From: Bacilli bacterium
Lineage (GTDB): Bacteria > Bacillota_I > Bacilli_A > RFN20 > CAG-826
Assembly: GCA_045615545.1 (NCBI GenBank)
Contig: JAZLFA010000032.1
Location: 1-53,883 of the forward strand
Length of the DNA: 53,883 nucleotides
Direction: 5' to 3'
Positions 7,113-14,507 of the stretch are shown here, piece after piece. The number at the start of each line of letters is the position of its first letter. The first letter of the stretch is position 1. The translations under genes were made by a program, and so were the position numbers. The notes beneath the pieces are model-generated. The model worked only from the letters and a program-made list of their open reading frames with translations. It did not search any database and was not told the DNA's origin.

Positions 7113-8441
7113 TTATTTACCTGAAGGAATATTCCCACCAGTGACATTCGCGTTTCTATTAACCTTAGTCCACTTAGGTTTAGAGAATATACCAATCGTA
7201 ATAGTGATAACGTAAACGATTGAAAATACTGGGAATAATAATATTCCAGATATTAATTCTCTTCTAGTTTTCGCTCCCATCTTCTTATAGTCAGATATAA
7301 CTAGTAAAGAAGATTGTAAGATACCACAGAACACAAATAACGCTCCTATTGCGATTGCGATAACAATAGAGGTACATGTTACCCAGTCTCCACCAGTAAT
7401 ACCAAAGGCATTAAAGGTATGAATTCCTGGGAACATCCAGTGATAAATATATCCGTATATATAATATCCTGGTAACCATAAACAAAGAATTGGACAGATT
7501 GGAATAAAGATATAAGTTAGCCAGTTCTCTAAGAAAGAGAAGTTAAGTCTTATAAAGGTGTAAAACCAGAGCTTAGGCGTGTATTTAAAGAAGAGTCGAG
7601 TATTTCCCGCACCTAGGCGCTTATTACGCGCTAGCGTGTCTTTAAACGTGCTTGGAAGGTCTTCATACACTACTGCATCTTCAACAAAGTGACAACGATA
7701 TCCTTCAAACATACGTTTAAAGTTAAATTCTGTATCCTCGCACATCGTGGTAGTGTCATATCCACCGATGTTTTTAATAATCTCATAAGCAGTTAAACTT
7801 CCAGGTCCATTTACATGCGCGTCTAAATGTAATCTTTCTCTACATCTAGAAGAACATCTCGAATCAAAGATGTAATATAAACCACAAGCTTTAGTAAAAC
7901 TTGATTGTGTCATATTTAATGCAGACTCATATGGTCTAGCAATCTTAGCTCCACTATTATAGGCATCATTCATCAGTGAGAAGAATTCGGGATTAATATG
8001 GTTATCAGCGTCAAGTCTAATAATAAAGTCATATTCAATTCCTTCTTTTAAAAGAAGTTCGAAAGCATACTTAAGTGCGTATCCCACGATATGATGTTTT
8101 GGATTATCGTCAGTATGAACATATACTTTAGCGCCCGCTTTTCTTGCAAGCTCAGCAGTATTATCAGTACAGTTATCCGCGACTACATACACATCAAACA
8201 TATCGCGAGGATATTGTTGGTTTTCTAAATCTTTAACTGTATCAAAGATAACATCTGCTTCATTATGAGCAGGTATCATAACTGCAATACGGTTTTTCTT
8301 TTCTGTTTTTGGGAATGTTTTCTTTTTAAGCCAAAATAAACACATATATAAAAGCTGTAAGAAGAAAGGTACTCCAATACAATATAAAACTACATTATTT
8401 ATTTGATCAAAAACTTGATATACAGTGTCCCACCAATTCAT
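7113..8441 (-). CDS. membrane-embedded family 2 glycosyltransferase (processive type)
   Basis: N-terminal TM helix. MIPAHNEADVI...VVADNCTDNT...RLDADN motifs. Multiple C-terminal TM helices. RBS GGAGG. Confidence 0.8.
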   Translation of the reverse strand: MNWWDTVYQVFDQINNVVLYCIGVPFFLQLLYMCLFWLKKKTFPKTEKKNRIAVMIPAHNEADVIFDTVKDLENQQYPRDMFDVYVVADNCTDNTAELARKAGAKVYVHTDDNPKHHIVGYALKYAFELLLKEGIEYDFIIRLDADNHINPEFFSLMNDAYNSGAKIARPYESALNMTQSSFTKACGLYYIFDSRCSSRCRERLHLDAHVNGPGSLTAYEIIKNIGGYDTTTMCEDTEFNFKRMFEGYRCHFVEDAVVYEDLPSTFKDTLARNKRLGAGNTRLFFKYTPKLWFYTFIRLNFSFLENWLTYIFIPICPILCLWLPGYYIYGYIYHWMFPGIHTFNAFGITGGDWVTCTSIVIAIAIGALFVFCGILQSSLLVISDYKKMGAKTRRELISGILLFPVFSIVYVITITIGIFSKPKWTKVNRNANVTGGNIPSGK

Positions 8442-8501
8442 AGAACTACCTCCACTAGGCTATTTAATTATATCAATTAAACAATTGAAGTAATTATATT
8501 T

Positions 8502-8948
8502 TTATAATTTCATTATTTTTTTAATTTTCTCTTCTTTTGAAAGAATAACAATATTATTATCTTTGATAATTTCTAATATTGCCTTAATAGGAGAAACAGT
8601 GTGATAAGGAACATAGGCTTTTACCATATAAGATAAAGGCACTAATTGGAATGCTTTTTTACTAGTAATATGAAGATAGTTACATAGATAGCGATATATA
8701 TAACCACACCATCTCATAATCTCAGGATTATATATTGTTCCTTTACTATTTGTTTCTTCCTTTATACGTGCATATACATAATCATCTCCATATGGAGATA
8801 AGCGATATGTATCATCATCCATTAATTTAGAATAAAAAGAGAACATAAATCTTTTAACAAAAATAGATGAGTTCAAATGCTCAATTGCGCTTTTTTCAAA
8901 TAGTTCAGCTTGATTTTTTGCGTAATTATCTAGATTAGAAGAGTTCAT
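8502..8948 (-). CDS. DUF3791-like protein
   Basis: Partner position next to the DUF3990 gene. Contains a ..YVPYHTVSP.. motif. The start is set at ATG MNSS (8946-8948) with AAGGAA upstream; the tracked start at 8978 is TTG. It overlaps the upstream gene by 14 nt. Confidence 0.55.
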   Translation of the reverse strand: MNSSNLDNYAKNQAELFEKSAIEHLNSSIFVKRFMFSFYSKLMDDDTYRLSPYGDDYVYARIKEETNSKGTIYNPEIMRWCGYIYRYLCNYLHITSKKAFQLVPLSYMVKAYVPYHTVSPIKAILEIIKDNNIVILSKEEKIKKIMKL

Positions 8949-9789
8949 CGATATATTTTCCTTTTCTACGATATTCAAGTAGCGCCATCTTCACTTGTTT
9001 AGTATATTCTTCTACTTGGGCATTCTTCACTTTAAGGTAATAGTTTTTCTCTTCTTTAGGAAGATAAAGGCATTCGATATTATTTAGTGACTTAATCGCG
9101 TCATTAGACTTAAGCACATATTGTTTTCCTAGATCCGTTAAGCTTATCGCATGTAGACAAGCTTCATCAGTAATTTCGCCTTTAATAAAACTGTTGATCA
9201 ATTCATAAACTCGATTGTCCGCGATAGGAGCGATGATATAATCTAGTTTTTCTATCTCATTAACAATATCTAATACTTGCTTAGGGATTTGTTTGCCCTC
9301 AAAAGCGCCGCGGTAATATAAAACAGCATATAACCATTCTCTTGATGAAGAAAATTCTTTGTACTTTAAATTATCCTTATTTTCAAAATAAAAAGGATAT
9401 ACACACCCACTACTAGATAAACAAATCCACATAGCCGCTTGTGTTAAATTGGTACCTAAATAAAATCCACTACCGAAATCATTAGGTTTAATAGAATGTG
9501 CATTATCTATTTCACCTTCAATAACATTTCTTGCCCCATGAAATAACAAAATGTTTCCATTTCTATTTTCTTGCAAAAAACGTGACTTAATTAAATTAAG
9601 ATCTAATCCACTTGTATAAGAAAATGAATAGATATTTTCTAGACTACAAAAAGAAGGAATTAATGTTCCGTTTTGATAACGAATCAAGTTTGCTCTAGAA
9701 ATACTTACTTTACAAGCAAGCTCTTCGTCATTTAATTCAAAATATTGTTTAATTCTTTCAATATCTTTTACAACATCAAAACTTTTCAT
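8935..9789 (-). CDS. XRE-type HTH fused to a DUF3990 domain
   Basis: N-terminal LACKVSISRANLIRYQNGTLIPS is an HTH. LLFHGAR...DFGSGFYLGTNLTQAAMW...IIAPIADNRVYE...GKQYVLKS matches my memory of DUF3990. Confidence 0.7.
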   Translation of the reverse strand: MKSFDVVKDIERIKQYFELNDEELACKVSISRANLIRYQNGTLIPSFCSLENIYSFSYTSGLDLNLIKSRFLQENRNGNILLFHGARNVIEGEIDNAHSIKPNDFGSGFYLGTNLTQAAMWICLSSSGCVYPFYFENKDNLKYKEFSSSREWLYAVLYYRGAFEGKQIPKQVLDIVNEIEKLDYIIAPIADNRVYELINSFIKGEITDEACLHAISLTDLGKQYVLKSNDAIKSLNNIECLYLPKEEKNYYLKVKNAQVEEYTKQVKMALLEYRRKGKYIDELF

Positions 9790-9795
9790 AACTTG

Positions 9796-9824
9796 ATTGT
9801 ATCATTTGCGACAATCGAGTTCAA
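9796..9824 (-). promoter_or_regulatory. strong promoter, leaderless mRNA for the HTH-DUF3990 gene
   Basis: Minus strand reads TTGAAC - 17 nt - (TGa)TACAAT - 6 nt - ATG. Confidence 0.6.
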
Positions 9825-9857
9825 TATTTCTTATACAGTTAATTAATTTACTGCAAG

Positions 9858-9882
9858 AAAAAAAGTCCCTTATTAAGAGACT
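9858..9882 (-). terminator. intrinsic terminator of the small transcription unit
   Basis: AGUCUC-UUAAUAA-GGGACU followed by U7. Confidence 0.6.
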
Positions 9883-9976
9883 TATTCACCAATAACGCCA
9901 GCTAAGATCGTTAATCGCCCTGTACCACCTCTTTCGAGATGCGCCGTGGTCGTACGCTGCATTTCCACCCTTGGTG
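9858..9976 (-). ncRNA. unclassified GC-rich small transcription unit (~118 nt): structured sRNA or 26-codon micro-ORF
   Basis: It has its own extended -10 promoter and an intrinsic terminator. It is locally near half G+C, against about one-third elsewhere. A closing helix CACCAA/UUGGUG and a GAAA-capped hairpin are visible. G.U pairs form only on the minus-strand reading. Confidence 0.55.
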
Positions 9977-9981
9977 ATTTT

Positions 9982-9990
9982 ATTATATCA
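9982..9990 (-). promoter_or_regulatory. extended -10 promoter (TGaTATAAT) of the small transcription unit
   Basis: Minus strand reads cTTGATATAAT about 7 nt upstream of the CACCAAGGG.. start. The -35 is poor. Confidence 0.45.
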
Positions 9991-10012
9991 AGTTTTTTTC
10001 AAACTCAATATA

Positions 10013-10390
10013 TTATTTTACATTTCGAGTAATGAATATTGTTTTAACTTTTGCAATGTGAGGATCTTTTTTATCTATTTGAACCGACATCTTAATGAAT
10101 TCATAACCCCTTTTGCTTCTAGAGACATAATAGTTATATGTGCCTTTTCTTTCCTTATCTTTTTTAAATTTACCCTCTATTACAAATAGCTCAAACAATC
10201 TTTTTAGATCGCTTTGAGATAATCTATGGTCTTTTCTTACTATATGTTCAAATCGACTTTGATTACTTCTTGCACGGTTATCATCAAGATAGATTGTTAT
10301 ATTGTGCCTAGTGTCGATTAATGGGCTTTTGACTGTTTTTATATATTCCAATAACTTGTTATCGATGCCAATGATTTTTTTCTTGCCCAT
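10013..10390 (-). CDS. small basic protein, possibly a BECR-fold (Barnase-EndoU-ColicinE5/D-RelE-like) nuclease
   Basis: 125-aa ORF. The pattern ..SRFEHIVRKDHRLSQSDLKRLFELF..., followed by beta-rich KGTYNYYV...IKMSVQI...VKTIFI, resembles phage PBECR domains. This is from memory only. Confidence 0.6.
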   Translation of the reverse strand: MGKKKIIGIDNKLLEYIKTVKSPLIDTRHNITIYLDDNRARSNQSRFEHIVRKDHRLSQSDLKRLFELFVIEGKFKKDKERKGTYNYYVSRSKRGYEFIKMSVQIDKKDPHIAKVKTIFITRNVK

Positions 10391-10399
10391 ACAGCCATT

Positions 10400-10427
10400 A
10401 TTGTAAGGAAAATTTCACTACTTACAA
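10400..10427 (-). promoter_or_regulatory. promoter of the 125-aa gene (near-leaderless)
   Basis: Minus strand reads TTGTAA - 16 nt - TACAAT - 9 nt - ATG, with no RBS. Confidence 0.45.
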
Positions 10428-10542
10428 CAGTTATTTTTCATAATAATTTTTATCCCTATATTTATATTTGTTTATGTTATATAACTAAATAAATAGAAAT
10501 ATTAATATAAATATTGGGATATTATTTACAAATATTTTTACT

Positions 10543-10576
10543 TAAAAGAAAAAGCCCAGAACAATCGTTCCAGGCT
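10543..10576 (-). terminator. intrinsic terminator after the pullulanase gene
   Basis: Minus-strand AGCCUGGAAC-GAUU-GUUCUGGGCU is a 10-bp stem with two G.U pairs, followed by UUUUUCUUUU. Confidence 0.8.
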
Positions 10577-10597
10577 ATCACGTAAATAATTATTTAA

Positions 10598-13216
10598 CTA
10601 TTTACTAAGAATAAGTGTTTGATATGGTTTTAATGTAACTGAGCCAGCGATTACACCAGTATTTTCATTAACAGTGTCATGAATGACTCTATAACCTGTT
10701 AAATCCATAGATGTATCAGCGACTAATTTACCATTACAATAAATAATCTTGTATTCGGTATTACCATCTTTGATGGTGCTAACAATATAATTTGCAGTAT
10801 CATTTACTTCAAATGTCATATTATCAGCGGCTGCATCTTTACCATAATGAAGAGCTTTAGTAACTTGTTTAAAGTTAATTAAAGCTTTGTAGTTTTCAAA
10901 TACATCTAAGTGGTTAAGTTTACGCTCATAGTTAATTTCATTTACTTCGTAGGAAGCATTGTATGAGTTACTATTACCACCTTTGGTACGAACACATTCT
11001 TCGCCAGCAAGCATGAAGGATGTACCTTGGCTTGTAAAGACGAAGGAGTTCGCTAATACTAAGTTACCAATAATCTTTTCTTCATCAGTGATGCCACCTG
11101 CTTTCATACGATCGTATAAGCAGTAGTTATCGTGACAAGTAACATAGTTAACAGTCTTATCTGGTTCACCTAATGAATAGGTTGACTTACCAAGTAAACC
11201 TTCTTGAATTGATGAGGTATTAGCTTTACTTGGATTATCCATTGCCCAACCAGTTTCAGTTGCGGTGCTTAAGCCACCCTTAACTAAAGCATCTCTCATC
11301 TTATCGTTAAAGCAGCCATAACCAACAAAACTATTTAAGTTATCTTGCTTGGCTTGTTTATTAGCGCTTAAACCAGAAGTGCCACCTGTCCAAGGTTCAC
11401 CATAAACAGTAATATGTTCATTTACTTTTTCTTTTAAGTTTTTGCTTAATAGTTCCATTGTGTCCAAATCATGTAAACCCATAAGGTCAAATCTAAAGCC
11501 ACCAAGTTTATATTCTTTTGCCCAGAATTCTGTGCTGTCGATCATAAACTTACGGAACATTAAGTTATCACTAGCGGTTTCGTTACCACATCCACTTCCA
11601 TTATATGGAGTGTTACTTGATGTATATCTAAAGAAGTATCCAGGTAATAAGACATCAAAGTTACATCCGCTTAAACCATTAACGTGGTTATAAACAACGT
11701 CCATGATGATATTGATATTAGCGGCGTTAAATCCTTTAACAACTTCTTTAAATTCTTTAATACGTGCATATCCATCAAATGGATTGCTAGAATAACATCC
11801 TTCAAGAACATTATAGTTAAGTGGATTATAACCCCAGTTAAATTCCACATTTACTTCATCATTAGCTTGATCAAAGATTGGTAATAATTGTACCGCATTA
11901 ACACCAAGCTCTTTAATATGATCAAAACCAGTAGTGACTGTTACATCATTCTTGGTGTATTTAGTGTTTGGTTCAATTAAACCAAGGAATTTCTTAGCAT
12001 TTTTCGCTGAACCACCCCAGGTTGAACTTGAAGTAACATCGGCGACATGAGTTTCCCAAACAGTTAATTCTTTACGGTCATATGGTTTGATTGTAACTTT
12101 ATCCCAACCTTCTGGATTAGTTCTACTAAAGTCCACAATCATACCTCTTAAACCATTAACACCAGCACTCTTGGCGTATGGGTCAACGATTTCAGTATTT
12201 TTGAATTTGCTATTAGTGACTACATATGTATAGTATTTACCTTCCATATCACCATTGATGGTATGGCTCCAAACACCTTTTTCACCAATATTCATTTGAT
12301 ATTCTTGATAAGCATCATCGCCTTTAGTAGCGTCTACACTCTTAGGGGTACCGTTATTATAGATTCTAAGTTTAACTTCACTTGATAAAGGTGACCACAC
12401 TTTAAATTCTGTCGCAGCTTTAGAATAAATTGCACCAAGTTCACCGCTATAATAATACAAATTATTAAATTCTTCAGTGTTAAATAATCTATTAATATCG
12501 ACTGGAACAGTCTTTACATGATCATTTCTAACGAATGTAATTTCCATATTATAGTTTTTCGTTAGCTTCACGTTTCTTGGAAGAGTGAGACGCATGGTCT
12601 TAGGTGAGTATTCACCTTCCATCATCACATCTTTATCTTCATATAATTTATAATATTTAGCCTCTTCCGCTACTGAAACATATAACTTATTCACATCGGT
12701 GAAATAACATCCAGTAACATCATATCCACTACTAGGTTCTTCATAATATAAAACATTATTTTCAAAATGTTTGAGCCAGCAGTGATAAACATCATTTTGA
12801 TCCTTTTTAGCTAAAGAGAAATCAAATGTTAAGTCTGGTCCTTGTCCATCCCAGGAATTGAGGGCTTTATCGATTAAGCCTAATCCATCGACAAGAACAT
12901 CGCCTCCAAAGGCACTTAATGGATAAGCGGCAATCGCGCCAAACTCGTCGCTGCCGTTATAGGTGTACTCTTTACCATTATCAAGAGCTTTGTTCCACAT
13001 CCATAATGCGCGTTTAGAGTAGTTAGTGCCAGTAAAGTTATAGTGAATTTGAATACTTGGTTCATCATAACTTGGTGGGATAACTGTGCTTGTTTGGGAA
13101 GATGAACTAGAAGATTTGCTAGTTGATTCACTTCCTCCGCCTCCACCATTACATCCCACCAAAAGTGGAAGTAAAAGCGCAAATGGAACAAAAGATTTTA
13201 AGATTTTATTTTTCAT
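10598..13216 (-). CDS. pulA: type I pullulanase (GH13) lipoprotein
   Basis: Lipobox LLVGC plus a Ser-rich linker. NWGYNPLNYN signature, MDVVYNHV, GFRFDLMG, YGEPW, VTCHDN. Start set at MKNKIL (13214-13216) behind AAGGAGA. Confidence 0.9.
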   Translation of the reverse strand: MKNKILKSFVPFALLLPLLVGCNGGGGGSESTSKSSSSSSQTSTVIPPSYDEPSIQIHYNFTGTNYSKRALWMWNKALDNGKEYTYNGSDEFGAIAAYPLSAFGGDVLVDGLGLIDKALNSWDGQGPDLTFDFSLAKKDQNDVYHCWLKHFENNVLYYEEPSSGYDVTGCYFTDVNKLYVSVAEEAKYYKLYEDKDVMMEGEYSPKTMRLTLPRNVKLTKNYNMEITFVRNDHVKTVPVDINRLFNTEEFNNLYYYSGELGAIYSKAATEFKVWSPLSSEVKLRIYNNGTPKSVDATKGDDAYQEYQMNIGEKGVWSHTINGDMEGKYYTYVVTNSKFKNTEIVDPYAKSAGVNGLRGMIVDFSRTNPEGWDKVTIKPYDRKELTVWETHVADVTSSSTWGGSAKNAKKFLGLIEPNTKYTKNDVTVTTGFDHIKELGVNAVQLLPIFDQANDEVNVEFNWGYNPLNYNVLEGCYSSNPFDGYARIKEFKEVVKGFNAANINIIMDVVYNHVNGLSGCNFDVLLPGYFFRYTSSNTPYNGSGCGNETASDNLMFRKFMIDSTEFWAKEYKLGGFRFDLMGLHDLDTMELLSKNLKEKVNEHITVYGEPWTGGTSGLSANKQAKQDNLNSFVGYGCFNDKMRDALVKGGLSTATETGWAMDNPSKANTSSIQEGLLGKSTYSLGEPDKTVNYVTCHDNYCLYDRMKAGGITDEEKIIGNLVLANSFVFTSQGTSFMLAGEECVRTKGGNSNSYNASYEVNEINYERKLNHLDVFENYKALINFKQVTKALHYGKDAAADNMTFEVNDTANYIVSTIKDGNTEYKIIYCNGKLVADTSMDLTGYRVIHDTVNENTGVIAGSVTLKPYQTLILSK

Positions 13217-13304
13217 ACAATCTCCTTTTTTCCTCACAAAAAATACTTATGCATATTTAAGTATAGCTGTGCTTGTTTATACAAAAATTATATATACGAT
13301 TTTC

Positions 13305-13334
13305 ATAAAATAAAAGACATGTTAATCACATGTC
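13305..13334 (-). terminator. intrinsic terminator overlapping the mutarotase stop codon
   Basis: GACAUG-UGAUUAA-CAUGUC followed by UUUUAUUUUAU. Confidence 0.55.
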
Positions 13335-14317
13335 CTCTCAAATACGTATTTTATCTTATGTTTATAATGTGTTTTTCTTTTAACAAATTCCGGTTCATAG
13401 TTACATGGTTCTATCGCTATACCTTTATATAAAGAATCTATTCCACCATCAAGTAAAGGCTTATCGCTATTGAAGCCATCTGAATAAATTGTTAAACCAT
13501 CAAAGTCAGTAAACATCTTCATTCTATACATCCCATAAGATAGGACAAGATTAGGCTCAATTTCTTCGCCATCCACCTTATCTAACTTAAAACGATGATC
13601 AATACCATTTATTTTTGGTCTATGTAATTCTTTATCGTTAATGATTTTACTAATCAAAGTGCTTTGACGAAAATCAAGAACACTATCAGTGACATCCTTA
13701 AGTCCAATTGGAATAAGTTCATCATCCATCTCTAACACTTGCCCCGCTTTAGCAAGAAGATGATGAGATAAAATATCTTTTTGATCAGTAAGATTAAAAT
13801 AAGTATGGTTTGTTAAACTAAAATATGTGTCTTCCTTGCAACAAGCATCAAACTCAATAATGATGTTGTTGTCATTTTTAGGAATTTTGTATGTAATAAC
13901 ATATTCACATTTACCATTAAAACCACATTCACCTTTTTTGGTGGTTAAATAAAATTTAACAATAGTGCCATTAGCTTTAGTTTCAATACCATGGGAAAAA
14001 TTTTTAAAAGCGATTGAATTAAAGCCACCGTGTAAACAATTATTACCTTCATTTTTATCTAACAATAATTCTTTATCACCAATCGTTAATTTTGCATCTT
14101 TAATTCTTCCCGCGATACGGCCAATAGTTTTTCCCATATAGGAACCGCTATGATAAAAGTCTTCAAAATCTCTTAAAGTGAGACACATTGGTTGTAAGTC
14201 TAATTTAATAGAATATATGCTTGCTCCCATAGTGGAAAAAATCACTTCTAAACCACTGTCGTTAGTAACAGAAATGAAATATACCCCATGATTAGCCTTA
14301 AATATATCTAAATTCAT
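13322..14317 (-). CDS. galM: aldose 1-epimerase (galactose mutarotase family)
   Basis: 331 aa with GKTIGRIAGRI, NCLHGG and other family hallmarks. No recognisable RBS. Confidence 0.8.
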   Translation of the reverse strand: MNLDIFKANHGVYFISVTNDSGLEVIFSTMGASIYSIKLDLQPMCLTLRDFEDFYHSGSYMGKTIGRIAGRIKDAKLTIGDKELLLDKNEGNNCLHGGFNSIAFKNFSHGIETKANGTIVKFYLTTKKGECGFNGKCEYVITYKIPKNDNNIIIEFDACCKEDTYFSLTNHTYFNLTDQKDILSHHLLAKAGQVLEMDDELIPIGLKDVTDSVLDFRQSTLISKIINDKELHRPKINGIDHRFKLDKVDGEEIEPNLVLSYGMYRMKMFTDFDGLTIYSDGFNSDKPLLDGGIDSLYKGIAIEPCNYEPEFVKRKTHYKHKIKYVFERTCD

Positions 14318-14343
14318 ATTTAATATTTTAATACATTGTTTTT

Positions 14344-14374
14344 AAAAACAAAATAAAACTCCCATCTTGGGAGT
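14344..14374 (-). terminator. orphan minus-strand intrinsic terminator just upstream of the mutarotase start
   Basis: ACUCCC-AAGAU-GGGAGU followed by UUUUAUUUUGUUUUU. No minus-strand gene ends upstream of it. Confidence 0.5.
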
Positions 14375-14507
14375 GAATATGTGAATTCTAAAAGTAAATT
14401 CCGATTTTATCAAAAATCCTGCATTTAATGTGAGAAATATATAACTATAAATACATTTATACAAATCTACCACAAAAGATATACAATATATTTTGAGGTC
14501 AATGCAT

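Noticed and set aside
9858-9976. Identity of the GC-rich small RNA as a T-box leader, SRP RNA or 5S rRNA
   Set aside because: AGAGGUGGUACAGGGCG resembles the T-box core (AGGGUGGUACCGCG). However, the element is far too short, has its own promoter, and precedes no aminoacyl-tRNA-related gene. It lacks the SRP GGAAGCAGCC motif and the 5S CCGAACACGGAAGUUAAGC-type motifs.
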